DNA of 64,000 bases from Acutalibacteraceae bacterium (lineage in GTDB: Bacteria > Bacillota > Clostridia > Oscillospirales > Acutalibacteraceae), in the NCBI GenBank assembly GCA_045604605.1, contig JAZUOL010000001.1:496-64495 (forward strand), given 5' to 3'. Each line of letters opens with the position of its first letter. Position 1 is the stretch's first letter. Shown one piece after another: positions 1-10,106 of this stretch. A program made the position numbers and the translations under genes. The notes under the pieces were generated by a model. It was not told where the DNA came from and ran no database searches. It saw nothing but the letters and a program-made list of their open reading frames with translations.

Positions 1-891
1 TTTTCTTCGGCTATTGTTAAAATGGGCGGAGTTCCAATGGATTTTGAATTAAAAGAGAGAGAAAGCTTAAGAGATGCCGTTATGGCAATGTCCTCCTTTG
101 GTGATGCTATTGTTCTTTCTCACAATAAAAAGGGCGCGGCAAGAGCGGCATCCTTGTATGCAACTGTTCCTGTTATAAATGCAGGTGACGGTGCAAGAGC
201 ATATCCTGTAAAAACACTTGCCGATTTTTCTTCCGTCTGGATAGAGAAAAAACATGTTTCAAATATGAAAATAGGCTTTTTAGGTGATTTTTCAGATAAC
301 ATTCTTATTAAGAATTTGCTTCAATGTCTCAATTTATATAACGGTAATGAATTTTTCTTCGTTTCCGTAAACGGAAAGCCTCTGGGCGAAGAATATGTCA
401 GCATTATGGATAAAAGGGAAAAAGATTTCGTTGTTTATGATAATCTTTTTGAAATACTTCCTCAGCTTGATGTGCTTTATATGACAGAGGTAAAAAAATC
501 CTCATTTGAAAGTGAGATTATGTATGAAGCAAGAAAGCACAATTTTACATTGGATGAAAGAATGCTTCTTGCCGCAAAAGAGAATTTGATAATACTACAT
601 CCGTTCCCCAGAGGAGAAGAACTCAGTGCATCTGTTGATTCGGATTCAAGAGCAAAATATTTTGAGGGCTTTAACAGATATGTGGATGCTTGTATGGCAA
701 TTTTATCAAAAACATTGTCAAACAGAGCAGGTAAAAAAGTGAAATCTCAATATGAAGATGATACTCATGATGCTTTTTGCGGAAAAGATAACTGTATAAC
801 AAGTACGGAAAAATATCTTCCCAAACTCTTTTACGAAACTGCGGATGGTAGTTTGTTCTGTAAATACTGCGGTCAGGAATTGAAAAAATGA
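1..891 (+). CDS. Aspartate carbamoyltransferase-like protein (5' end outside window) fused to a PyrI-type C-terminal zinc ribbon; catalytic motifs degenerate
   Basis: Frame is open to nt 1. Transcarbamylase-like VPVINAGDG and HPFPR are present, but the HPTQ position reads AYPVK and the RxQxER position reads EVKKSS. C-terminus has CGKDNC...CKYC, four Cys as in the PyrI Zn domain. Confidence 0.6.
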   Translation, partial: FSSAIVKMGGVPMDFELKERESLRDAVMAMSSFGDAIVLSHNKKGAARAASLYATVPVINAGDGARAYPVKTLADFSSVWIEKKHVSNMKIGFLGDFSDNILIKNLLQCLNLYNGNEFFFVSVNGKPLGEEYVSIMDKREKDFVVYDNLFEILPQLDVLYMTEVKKSSFESEIMYEARKHNFTLDERMLLAAKENLIILHPFPRGEELSASVDSDSRAKYFEGFNRYVDACMAILSKTLSNRAGKKVKSQYEDDTHDAFCGKDNCITSTEKYLPKLFYETADGSLFCKYCGQELKK

Positions 892-1448
892 CAAAAACGA
901 TACTTGTAATAAAGGGCTCTTATCGGGAAAACGGTTTTACAAACAGAATCTGGAAAGATGCGGTAAGGGACCTTGAAAATACTGAAATTAAAATTTTTGA
1001 TACATATTCCCATAAATTTAAATTTTGTAAGGGTTGTAATTATTGTGAAGAAGCGGGCAAATGTGTTTACAGGGATTTAGACGAGTTTTTCAAAACTTTC
1101 GAAAATGCAGATGTTATAATTTTTTCAAGCCCTGTTTATAATGGTTCTTTTGCTGCTCCCGTAAAAGCAATTATAGACAGATTCCAGGTCTATTACACCT
1201 CTTTTTATAAAAATGCAAAGACACAGCCTATAAAAAAACACAGAAAAGTAATTCTTCTTGCAGCGGCAGGAAGGAAAGGTAAAGAAGCGCTTGAGGAAAT
1301 GGAAAAAAACCTTAAATGTGCTTGTACTATTTTGAATTCGGAATTGGTTGGCTCTGTTTTGTGTTACGATACAGACGAAACACCTGATTACGAAACCCCA
1401 TCAAAAGAGTTGAAATCAATTCTGAAAAGGAGTTTTATAAATGAGTAA
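888..1448 (+). CDS. Flavodoxin-fold NAD(P)H-dependent FMN reductase family, iron-sulfur flavoprotein (Isf)-like
   Basis: ATGA overlap with the upstream gene. Compact CKGCNYCEEAGKC (CX2CX2CX5C) motif, then DVIIFSSPVYNGS flavodoxin-like segment. Confidence 0.6.
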   Translation: MTKTILVIKGSYRENGFTNRIWKDAVRDLENTEIKIFDTYSHKFKFCKGCNYCEEAGKCVYRDLDEFFKTFENADVIIFSSPVYNGSFAAPVKAIIDRFQVYYTSFYKNAKTQPIKKHRKVILLAAAGRKGKEALEEMEKNLKCACTILNSELVGSVLCYDTDETPDYETPSKELKSILKRSFINE

Positions 1449-3036
1449 ACGAAAGGTGAAAATAATAGCGGTTGTTGTAGCAGTAATAATAACAGCCGTA
1501 TCTTTGGGTGCCTTTGGTATTGCGAAAACCGTTACGGATGGTATGTTTAATATGAATACACCTATGCGCATTACCGCAAACTCTACAGTTATAGGTACAA
1601 TTGAATCAAAAAAAGATTATGAATCATATATTTTTGAGGTTGGGAAAAATGGTGCATTGAGCGTAAGGCTTGACCACGACGATTTGCTCGATAGCGTAAA
1701 ATGCGGTTACAGAGTTACCCTTTACAGAGTTCTTGAAAAGGAAACTCGTACATATAAAGAGCTTGTTTATTTTGACTCCTTCTGGAGTGATGTTACATCA
1801 AGCTGGGGCGAAATAGGTGTTTCTCCCGGAACATATTTGGTAATGGTTTATCCGGGTGCAGACATAATTTACGGAGACTTTACTCTTGTTACAAGCTTTA
1901 CAGAAACCACTACATTTGAAAAAGAACCCAACGATAGCAAAAAAACCGCAGATACCTTCAAGGTTGATACTGCTATGTATGGTTCTTCATCTCAGCGCGA
2001 GAGTGGCTATGACAATGACTGGTTTGTATTTGAGCTTACGGAAGATAGTTGCATAAATCTTTCCTTTGTTCACGATGACCTTACCTTCCCCAAGGCAGGC
2101 TGGAATATTAAAATTCTTAATGAACAAGAAAAAGTTGTTTGTGATTTCACATCCAAGTTGACAGATACCTTGATTAAAACCGGTACAATTGGTTTGAAAA
2201 AGGGTACGTATTATATTGAGGTTGAAAGTGTTTCGCCAATTGCAACAACATATACTCTTGTTTTAAGTGCAGATAAGGCAGTTAATAACGAATTTGAGCT
2301 TAATGATACACCTGAAACTGCCATAGATTTACCGCAAAAAATAACAATGAGCGGTTCTCTTTCAGACAGACGTTTAAGTCTTGATAAGGATTATTACAGA
2401 ATTAACGTTACCCAGAGAGGTACATTAAAAATAACCTTCTCCCACGAAATGCTTGATGGTGATAAAAACGGTTGGAATATTCGTGTGCTTAAAAAAGATG
2501 GCAGTAAGTATTATGAAGTAATCAAAAAGATTTCTTCATGGAACAGTAAGACATGTATAATCGAAAATCTGGGCTTGTCAAAGGGTGAATACTTTATTCT
2601 CGTTGATGCAGATTCGCTTTCATATAATAGTGCCACATATAAATTAAAGTGGAATCTGACACCGAGAGACGATTTTGAAACAGAGCCTAATAACACAATA
2701 AAGCGCGCTAAAAAAATCAAGGGTAACAAGCTTTATTACGGTTCAATTATCTCAACAGATGTTGATTTTGATGAAGATTATTATAAATTTGAGCTTACAG
2801 AAAAAACAAATGTAAGTCTTGAGCTGGGTCACGAAAAATTAGTTGACAGCTCTTGTACCTGGACTGCAAGCATTGTAGATGAGGATAACTACAAGATATG
2901 TTCTGTAAAATCCTCTTTGAACCAGGGTCTTGTTTCTACCGGCGTTGTAACTCTTCCCGCTGGCACCTACTATGTTAAGGTTTCCACAGGTGACTATGGT
3001 TCTGAAACACCTTATTATTTCAGATTGGTAAGGTGA
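1441..3036 (+). CDS. Membrane-anchored protein with four tandem pre-peptidase C-terminal (PPC)-like repeats, no catalytic domain seen
   Basis: N-terminal TM helix (KIIAVVVAVIITAVSLGAFGI). Repeated ~125-aa modules start EKEPND / EFELND / ETEPNN and carry D-x-D-(W/Y)-(F/Y) plus a (F/L)-x-H-(D/E) ending. Confidence 0.6.
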   Translation: MSKRKVKIIAVVVAVIITAVSLGAFGIAKTVTDGMFNMNTPMRITANSTVIGTIESKKDYESYIFEVGKNGALSVRLDHDDLLDSVKCGYRVTLYRVLEKETRTYKELVYFDSFWSDVTSSWGEIGVSPGTYLVMVYPGADIIYGDFTLVTSFTETTTFEKEPNDSKKTADTFKVDTAMYGSSSQRESGYDNDWFVFELTEDSCINLSFVHDDLTFPKAGWNIKILNEQEKVVCDFTSKLTDTLIKTGTIGLKKGTYYIEVESVSPIATTYTLVLSADKAVNNEFELNDTPETAIDLPQKITMSGSLSDRRLSLDKDYYRINVTQRGTLKITFSHEMLDGDKNGWNIRVLKKDGSKYYEVIKKISSWNSKTCIIENLGLSKGEYFILVDADSLSYNSATYKLKWNLTPRDDFETEPNNTIKRAKKIKGNKLYYGSIISTDVDFDEDYYKFELTEKTNVSLELGHEKLVDSSCTWTASIVDEDNYKICSVKSSLNQGLVSTGVVTLPAGTYYVKVSTGDYGSETPYYFRLVR

Positions 3037-3043
3037 CAGGGCT

Positions 3044-3967
3044 TTGAAAAAATTTATTTGTGTGTTTTCCGTGCTTTGCATTCTTTTTCTGAATGGGTGC
3101 TCGGGAAACACCATCCAAAAGAATAATGAAAAAACCATCGCGGTATCTTTTTATCCTGTTTTTATATTTACCTTGAACCTTGTGGAAGGTATTGATGAAG
3201 TGAAGGTTGAATGTATGGCAGAGCAAAACATCGGCTGTTTGCATGACTATACTCTTACCGCAAAAGATGCAAAGCTTCTCAGTGATGCTCGGGTTCTTGT
3301 TGTAAACGGTGCCGGAATGGAAGGCTTTCTGGAGGATGCTTTCCGTAGTGTTGAAAGCATTTCGATTATTGATTCCTCTGAAGGCATAGAATTGCTTTGC
3401 GGGGAAGAACATGCTGAGCAAGAAGCGCATGGAGAACACGAAGAGCATTCACATCATCAGAGCAATTCTCATATCTGGCTTTCTGTTGACAATGCAAAAG
3501 CACAAGTAGAAAATATAAAAAGTGGTCTTTTAAGAGAATTTCCCGAATATGAAAATATAATTAAGAGGAATTACGAGGATTATATACAAAGACTTGACGC
3601 ACTTGCTGCAGAAAGGGACTCACTTCCGGCGTTGACAAAGGAATTTTCTGTGGTTTCTTTTCATGGAGCATATGAATACTTAGGTAAAGAAACAGGTTTT
3701 GAGATAAAAACCACCATAGAGAGTGACGAGGGCAAAGAGCCTTCTTCAAAAGAACTTGCTCGTTTAAGTACTGAAATGAAAAAGGAAAACATAAGAGCTT
3801 TGTTTGTTGCACCGGATTACAACGGTTCTGCAGCTGAAATACTCGGCAGAGAAACAAACACGGAAATTTATGTTATTAATCCCGTCATAAGCGGTGAAAT
3901 TAAACTCACTGCTTATGAAGATATAATGAAAGAAAACTATAAAACCATTTTAAAGGCGGTGAAGTAA
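3044..3967 (+). CDS. znuA: Metal (probably zinc) ABC transporter substrate-binding lipoprotein, ZnuA/TroA family
   Basis: Lipobox LNGC after a signal peptide. His/Glu-rich loop EEHAEQEAHGEHEEHSHHQSNSH. Followed by ATPase and permease genes. Confidence 0.75.
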   Translation: MKKFICVFSVLCILFLNGCSGNTIQKNNEKTIAVSFYPVFIFTLNLVEGIDEVKVECMAEQNIGCLHDYTLTAKDAKLLSDARVLVVNGAGMEGFLEDAFRSVESISIIDSSEGIELLCGEEHAEQEAHGEHEEHSHHQSNSHIWLSVDNAKAQVENIKSGLLREFPEYENIIKRNYEDYIQRLDALAAERDSLPALTKEFSVVSFHGAYEYLGKETGFEIKTTIESDEGKEPSSKELARLSTEMKKENIRALFVAPDYNGSAAEILGRETNTEIYVINPVISGEIKLTAYEDIMKENYKTILKAVK

Positions 3968-4716
3968 TGGCTTCCGAAAACGGCTGTGGCCTTTGTAAAA
4001 TAAAAGTTGATAATATCGGCGTAAAAAAAGGCGGCGAGGTGTTGATTTCGGAGGTATCATTCCACCTTCATTGCGGAGAATTGACCGCTCTTATAGGGGT
4101 TAATGGCGCAGGAAAAACAACTCTCGTGAAATCAATTCTCGGTGAAATTCATCACGAGGGAACAGTATCCTTTGAATCTCACGAGGGCGAAAAAATAGAT
4201 AATATAACAATAGGTTATGTTCCGCAACATTTGGACTTTGATCGTTCTGCTCCTATAAGCGTTGAAGATTTTCTTCTTGTGGGAAGAACAAACAGTCCGG
4301 TTTGTTTTGTGAAGAATAAAAAGCTAAAAAAAGAAATTGATAAAGCCTTAGAAACTGTAGGTTGCAAAGAGCTTAAGCATAGAAAGTTAGGTTCATTGTC
4401 AGGAGGCGAGCTTCAGAGAGTGATGCTTGCAAACGCTCTCTATCCTCTTCCTGAGTTGCTTTTGCTTGATGAACCGGTTTCCGGAGTGGATGCTGCAGGC
4501 AGCGAAAAGTTTTATGAGGTTATAAGTGATTTAAAGCATAATTATCATATGGCTATTGCAATGGTTTCTCACGATTTGGGCATTGTAAGAGATTTTGCAG
4601 ACAATGTTGTCCTTATTAACAAGTCTGTTCTTAAAAGTGGCGATGCAAAAGAGGTTTTCGAATCTCCCGAATTCAAAAAGAGCTTTTATAGCTTGGAAAG
4701 GGAGGCGGAGAAATGA
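3967..4716 (+). CDS. znuC: Metal ABC transporter ATP-binding protein
   Basis: Walker A GVNGAGKTT, ABC signature LSGGELQR, Walker B LLLLDEP. TAATG junction with znuA. Confidence 0.8.
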   Translation: MASENGCGLCKIKVDNIGVKKGGEVLISEVSFHLHCGELTALIGVNGAGKTTLVKSILGEIHHEGTVSFESHEGEKIDNITIGYVPQHLDFDRSAPISVEDFLLVGRTNSPVCFVKNKKLKKEIDKALETVGCKELKHRKLGSLSGGELQRVMLANALYPLPELLLLDEPVSGVDAAGSEKFYEVISDLKHNYHMAIAMVSHDLGIVRDFADNVVLINKSVLKSGDAKEVFESPEFKKSFYSLEREAEK

Positions 4717-5546
4717 GTGTAATTTATAATATAGCTGATGTATTATTTCCGTTTTCCTGGGCAGATTACAAATTTATGGTAAACGCTTTTGTTGCTGTTA
4801 TTTTAATTGCCCCTCTTATGGGGATTTTAGGTACAATGGCAGTTAACAATAAAATGGCGTTTTTTTCTGACGCGTTGGGACATAGTGCTTTTACAGGTAT
4901 TGCTTTAGGAGTGCTTCTGGGAATCAGAAACGAAATGATTTCTCTTATAGCTTTCGGGGTTTTCCTGGCTCTTGTTATTACAAGAGTGAAAAATAAAGGC
5001 AATACTTCTTCTGATACGGTTATCAGTGTGTTTTCTTCAACTTCTGTTGCAGTAGGTCTGCTGGTGCTTTCTTACGGTGGAGGCTTTTCAAAATATAGCG
5101 TCTATCTTGTGGGCGATATTCTGAGCGTAACAGAAAGTGAAATTTTGTGTTTGTTTGTTACGTTAATATGCGTAATAGTGATTTGGTCTATTATTTATAA
5201 TAAGCTTCTTGTTATCTCCGTAAACAGAGAGCTTGCCGCAAGTCGCGGAATCAGAACAGCTGTTTACGAAAATATATTTGTTATTGTTGTTGCGGTAGTC
5301 GTAATGATGTCAATAAAATGGGTTGGTATTCTGCTTATTAATTCTTTGTTGATTTTGCCTGCAGCCGCAGCAAGAAATGTTGCAAAAAATTCCCGTCAAT
5401 ATCTTGGCATTTCAGTGATTATTTCATTGGCTTGCACAATTTCGGGACTTCTTGTTTCTTTTTATGCTGACACATCCGCAGGAGCAACGATTGTCACTGT
5501 TTCGGCAGTTGTGTTCTTTGCAACATACATTTTCAGAAAAAAATAA
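4713..5546 (+). CDS. znuB: Metal ABC transporter permease
   Basis: Polytopic hydrophobic protein. ATGA overlap with the ATPase gene. Typical ZnuB/TroCD-size product. Confidence 0.75.
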   Translation: MSVIYNIADVLFPFSWADYKFMVNAFVAVILIAPLMGILGTMAVNNKMAFFSDALGHSAFTGIALGVLLGIRNEMISLIAFGVFLALVITRVKNKGNTSSDTVISVFSSTSVAVGLLVLSYGGGFSKYSVYLVGDILSVTESEILCLFVTLICVIVIWSIIYNKLLVISVNRELAASRGIRTAVYENIFVIVVAVVVMMSIKWVGILLINSLLILPAAAARNVAKNSRQYLGISVIISLACTISGLLVSFYADTSAGATIVTVSAVVFFATYIFRKK

Positions 5547-5565
5547 CCGAAAGGATTGTATATAA

Positions 5566-6570
5566 ATGTTATTTTCACAGGATATAGGCGTTGATTTGGG
5601 TACAGCCAATACACTTGTTTTTGTTAAGGGTAAGGGTATAGTAATAAGAGAGCCCTCTGTTGTGGCAGTGGATGAAAGAACAAATCCTAAAACAGTTGTT
5701 GCAGTTGGTGCAGATGCTAAAAGAATGATTGGCAGAACACCGGGTTCAATTACTGCAGTAAGACCCCTTAAAGACGGTGTTATTGCAGACTTTGATATGA
5801 CTTCAGATATGCTCAAGGAATTTATCAAAAGAGCCATAAGCGGTTCGCCGTTTAACAGAGCGCGAGTTATGATTTGTATTCCATCCGGAGTTACTGAGGT
5901 TGAAAGAAGAGCGGTTCATGATGCTGCTAAAAGTGCAGGTGCAAGATATGTAAGCCTTATTGAAGGGCCTATGGCAGCTGCTATTGGTGCAGGACTTCCC
6001 GTTCTTGATGCAACAGGTAGCATGATTGTTGATATCGGTGGCGGTACAAGTGAGGTTGCCGTTATATCTCTCGGAGACATTGTTACATCAAAATCTGTCA
6101 GAGTTGCGGGAGATACCTTTGACGAAGCGATTATTTCTTATGTAAAGAGGACATTCAATCTTCTTATAGGTGAACGTTCTGCAGAAGATATTAAAATTAA
6201 ATTGGGTTCTGCTTATCCTTACGAGGGTGAGGCAGCAATGGAAATCAAGGGAAGAAATCTTATTGATGGTCTTCCTAAATCAGTTGAGATTACAAGTGAA
6301 CAGGTGCGTCAGGCTCTTGCAGACCCTGTTGACCAGATTCTTGACTCTATTCGTTATACACTTGACAGAACCCCCCCCGAACTTGCTGCGGATATTATCG
6401 AAAGAGGAATAACACTTACAGGTGGCGGAGCACTTCTTCGCGGATTAGATAAGCTTATTTCCTCTGAAACCGGTATGCCCGTTAATGTTGCAAAGAATCC
6501 CATTGACTGTGTTGTAAACGGTACGGGTATATGTCTTGAAAAAGACCTTTTAGGATTCAGGAAAGGCTGA
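5566..6570 (+). CDS. mreB: Rod shape-determining actin homologue MreB
   Basis: [30 protein letters not shown] and [12 protein letters not shown] motifs. Followed by mreC and mreD. Confidence 0.95.
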   Translation: MLFSQDIGVDLGTANTLVFVKGKGIVIREPSVVAVDERTNPKTVVAVGADAKRMIGRTPGSITAVRPLKDGVIADFDMTSDMLKEFIKRAISGSPFNRARVMICIPSGVTEVERRAVHDAAKSAGARYVSLIEGPMAAAIGAGLPVLDATGSMIVDIGGGTSEVAVISLGDIVTSKSVRVAGDTFDEAIISYVKRTFNLLIGERSAEDIKIKLGSAYPYEGEAAMEIKGRNLIDGLPKSVEITSEQVRQALADPVDQILDSIRYTLDRTPPELAADIIERGITLTGGGALLRGLDKLISSETGMPVNVAKNPIDCVVNGTGICLEKDLLGFRKG

Positions 6571-6589
6571 TAATGAGGAAGGCTAAGAA

Positions 6590-7435
6590 ATGAAAAGATT
6601 TTTTCGCAGTCAAGGGTTTAAAAATCTTGTTGTTATTGCAGTTGTGATTTTTCTTGGTGTGCTTACGGCGGCATTTACTCATAATGCATCATCGCCTATT
6701 ACCTCTGTATTAGGAACAGTATTTTCTCCTTTGCAAAAATTATCTGCGGTTATTTCCGAAAATCTCGGAGAACTGGCAGTTTCTTTTGAATCCGCTTCTG
6801 TTTACTCTGCGGAAAATGAAGAACTGAAAAAAGAGTTGGCGGAATATCGTAAAAAACTCGCAGATTATAATGAGATGAAAAAGAAAGTAGATTCTTATGA
6901 AGAATTCTATGGAGTAAAAAAACAAAATCCTGATTTTCAATTCAGCTACGGTTCAATTTTGTCCCGTGATGTTGCTGATGCATACGGTTCTTTTGTACTT
7001 AATGTGGGCTCAAAGGATGGGGTAGAGGTTGATGACCCTGTAATATACGGAGAGTATATTGTAGGTATTGTAAAAAAAGTCAATTTCTCAACTTGTGTTG
7101 TTTACACACTTATAGATCCGAGAGTTAATATAGGTGCATTAGAGTCCGGAACAAGAGAGTATGGTTATGTTTCAGGGGATGCTGCTTTGTATAAGGACGG
7201 GTTGTGTAAGCTGTCAGGACTTGATGCCTCAACCTCTGTTGTTGGTGGCGGTATAGTTTGTACTTCCGGTGCTGGCGGTGTATTCCCGGACGGACTTCTT
7301 ATAGGTGAAATAACATCAGTTCATAATGATGAGGTTTCCTCCGGCTTTTATGCAGAGGTTAAGCCATTTGTTGAGCTTTCAAAAATTTCCGATGTTTTTG
7401 TAATTACCTCATTTGAAGGTCAGGGCGAAGAATAA
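6590..7435 (+). CDS. mreC: Rod shape-determining protein MreC
   Basis: N-terminal TM, coiled-coil ENEELKKELAEYRKK, C-terminal beta-rich domain. Position between mreB and mreD. Confidence 0.85.
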   Translation: MKRFFRSQGFKNLVVIAVVIFLGVLTAAFTHNASSPITSVLGTVFSPLQKLSAVISENLGELAVSFESASVYSAENEELKKELAEYRKKLADYNEMKKKVDSYEEFYGVKKQNPDFQFSYGSILSRDVADAYGSFVLNVGSKDGVEVDDPVIYGEYIVGIVKKVNFSTCVVYTLIDPRVNIGALESGTREYGYVSGDAALYKDGLCKLSGLDASTSVVGGGIVCTSGAGGVFPDGLLIGEITSVHNDEVSSGFYAEVKPFVELSKISDVFVITSFEGQGEE

Positions 7436-7460
7436 ACTGTAAAATATAAGTGGAAAAGAG

Positions 7461-7982
7461 GTGATACCATTGCATTACGGAGATAATAAACCGAAATATA
7501 TCAGATGGGCGATTTTGGGCGCTTTGCTGACAGTATCTGTTTTGCTGCAAAATTCTGCAGGTGGATTTTCAGAGTTTTTGGGTGCAAGGGTATTCATCTG
7601 TATTCCTATGTGTGTTGCTGTTGCAATGTTTGAAAGAGAGGTTCCTGCAGCAATTTTTGGTGCTGTCGCCGGTGCTTTGTGGGATGTTTCAAGCGGTGTT
7701 GACGGGTTCAACACATTGGTTTTAATGATTTTGTGCGCTGTGAGCAGTTTGCTTATAAGCCACCTTATGAGAAATAATGTTATAACATCTTTAGTTTTAG
7801 GTGCAGGAAGTATTCTTGCTTATGAAATTGTTTATATAGCCGTAAGATTCTGGGGAGCAGGAAACCCTGTCAGAGCGATATTTACATTCTATCTGCCATC
7901 TTTTCTAATTACGGTGATTTTTGTTCCGATTTGTTACATTTTGATAAAATTTGTTTATAATTCTTATAGAGTTGAAGAGTAA
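7461..7982 (+). CDS. mreD: Rod shape-determining protein MreD
   Basis: Small polytopic membrane protein directly after mreC. GTG start. Confidence 0.7.
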   Translation: MIPLHYGDNKPKYIRWAILGALLTVSVLLQNSAGGFSEFLGARVFICIPMCVAVAMFEREVPAAIFGAVAGALWDVSSGVDGFNTLVLMILCAVSSLLISHLMRNNVITSLVLGAGSILAYEIVYIAVRFWGAGNPVRAIFTFYLPSFLITVIFVPICYILIKFVYNSYRVEE

Positions 7983-7988
7983 AAAGTT

Positions 7989-10097
7989 ATGTCTATTGAA
8001 TTGAGAAAAAAAAGAAGAATTGCAGGAACGGTTATAATCGGTTTGCTTTTCAGTTTCCTTGTTTTTTCACTGGTGAAAACGCAGTTGATTGATGCGGAGG
8101 AGTATAAAGCCGCAGCAGACAGTTTGGCAGTTTCCAGCAGTTCTGTGAAAGCTGCCCGAGGAGAAATTCTCGACTGTAATGGTAATCCCCTGGTAACAAA
8201 TAGACAGGGGAATTCTATTGTGTTTAAATATTCCGAGTTTCCCTCCTCAAAAAAACAAGACGAAAGAAATGAACTGATTTTTTCTCTTATAAATCTTTTT
8301 GAAAAAAATAATGTGGAGTGGATTGACAGACTTCCGCTAAAGTATAAAAAAGGTAAGCTTATAGTCGATAAAGACAAAGAAGCTGAGTTTGAGTATATGG
8401 TTTCTCAGAATATGCTTGAGATGGAAAAAGGTGAGAAATCAACAGCAGATGAATGCCTTGATGCTCTTATTGAAAGATATGGACTTGAAAGCTATTCCAG
8501 AGAAGATGCGCGAAAAATTGCATCGGTTTGTTTCGGAATGAAATATTTATATTTTTCTGTTCCCTCACCGTATGTTTTTGCGGAAGATGTTCCCACGGAA
8601 ATTGTGGCGGCAATAATGGAAAAAAATAGTAAATATCCCGGTGTTGATACAGAGAAAGACAGCTATAGAGAGTATAGTGATAAAACAAGCTTTTCCCATA
8701 TTCTTGGTGTGGTAGGTTCTATAAGCGCAGAAGAATACGAGCTTGAATCCAAAAAGCTTAACGAAAAATTAAGTGATGACACTCTTACGGCGAAAGAAAT
8801 CAAGGTTTTAAAGAATAATGCATATTCCCTTAATGACAGTTACGGAAAAAGCGGTATTGAAGCTACAATGGAAAGCTATCTTCGTGGAGTTAACGGAATA
8901 AAGACGACCACTACTAATTCCGATGGTAGCGTAACAGAAGATTATCTCTCAAAGCCACAACAAGGAAATACGGTTGTTACTACAATTGACAGTGAGCTTC
9001 AAAAGGTTGCTGCAAAAGCATTGCAGGAAATGCTCATTAATAACAAAAACTCTTCTTATTTCGGTACTGCCGGTGCAATGGTAGTTTTAAATTGCAAAAC
9101 AGGGGCAGTTCTCGCAAATGTTTCTTTACCGACCTATGATATAACAAGGTATTTTGTTGATTATAACAAACTTGCCTCAGATACAGACAGCCCTTTGTGG
9201 AACAGAGGAATTCAAAGTGCATATGCGCCCGGCTCAACAATGAAACCGGCAATCTCAATAGCAGCTTTGGAAGAGGATGTTGCTACAATAAATACGTCTT
9301 GTTATTGTGGCGGAACGTATGTCTTAGAAGACCAGACGTTTAAGTGCCTTCAGACTCATGGCTATTTGAATGTCACCTCTGCTTTGGAAAAATCATGCAA
9401 CATATTTTTCTTTGAAATGGGTAAGATGCTTGGTATTGATAAAATGAATAAGTATTGCAGTCTCTTAGGTTTAGGTCAGAAAACGGGAATAGAACTTCCT
9501 GAAGCTGAAGGTGTTTTGGCAAGTGTTGCAAACAAAGAAGCGGCAGGTCAGGTCTGGAATCCCGGTGATACAGTTCAGGCGGCAATCGGCCAGTCTGATA
9601 ACCTTTTTACACCCTTGCAACTTGCAAACTACTGCGCAACAATTGCCAACGGCGGAACCAGATTCAAGCCCTATATTATTAAATCCGTACTTTCTGCGGA
9701 TATGTCAGAGGTCATATATGAAACAGAGCCGGAGGTTCTTAACACTATAAATGTAAGTAAAAAGACGCTTGGAATAGTAAAACAAGGTATGCGACAGGTG
9801 ATTCTTAACGGAGGTAGTTCCTATTATTTTAAGGATTGTATAGTTGAAGTCGCAGGCAAAACAGGTACATCACAGCTTAAAAGAACAACTGAAAGCGGTG
9901 TGACAATGGATTGTAATAACGGTTTCTTTATATCCTTCGCTCCTTATGATGACCCTGAAATTGCTATTGCTATTGTAGCGGAAAATGCGCTGACAGGTAG
10001 CCAGACCTCTCAGGCGGCAGTTCCTGTTTACAACTACTATTTCGGACAAAAAACAAGTTTTGATTCTGCCGGAACGGTTAATGAACTAATTCCTTAA
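7989..10097 (+). CDS. Class B penicillin-binding protein (PBP2-type peptidoglycan D,D-transpeptidase)
   Basis: N-terminal TM. Transpeptidase motifs STMKP (SxxK), SCN (SxN), KTGTS (KTG). Located after mreBCD. Confidence 0.9.
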   Translation: MSIELRKKRRIAGTVIIGLLFSFLVFSLVKTQLIDAEEYKAAADSLAVSSSSVKAARGEILDCNGNPLVTNRQGNSIVFKYSEFPSSKKQDERNELIFSLINLFEKNNVEWIDRLPLKYKKGKLIVDKDKEAEFEYMVSQNMLEMEKGEKSTADECLDALIERYGLESYSREDARKIASVCFGMKYLYFSVPSPYVFAEDVPTEIVAAIMEKNSKYPGVDTEKDSYREYSDKTSFSHILGVVGSISAEEYELESKKLNEKLSDDTLTAKEIKVLKNNAYSLNDSYGKSGIEATMESYLRGVNGIKTTTTNSDGSVTEDYLSKPQQGNTVVTTIDSELQKVAAKALQEMLINNKNSSYFGTAGAMVVLNCKTGAVLANVSLPTYDITRYFVDYNKLASDTDSPLWNRGIQSAYAPGSTMKPAISIAALEEDVATINTSCYCGGTYVLEDQTFKCLQTHGYLNVTSALEKSCNIFFFEMGKMLGIDKMNKYCSLLGLGQKTGIELPEAEGVLASVANKEAAGQVWNPGDTVQAAIGQSDNLFTPLQLANYCATIANGGTRFKPYIIKSVLSADMSEVIYETEPEVLNTINVSKKTLGIVKQGMRQVILNGGSSYYFKDCIVEVAGKTGTSQLKRTTESGVTMDCNNGFFISFAPYDDPEIAIAIVAENALTGSQTSQAAVPVYNYYFGQKTSFDSAGTVNELIP

Positions 10098-10106
10098 GGT
10101 GATAAA

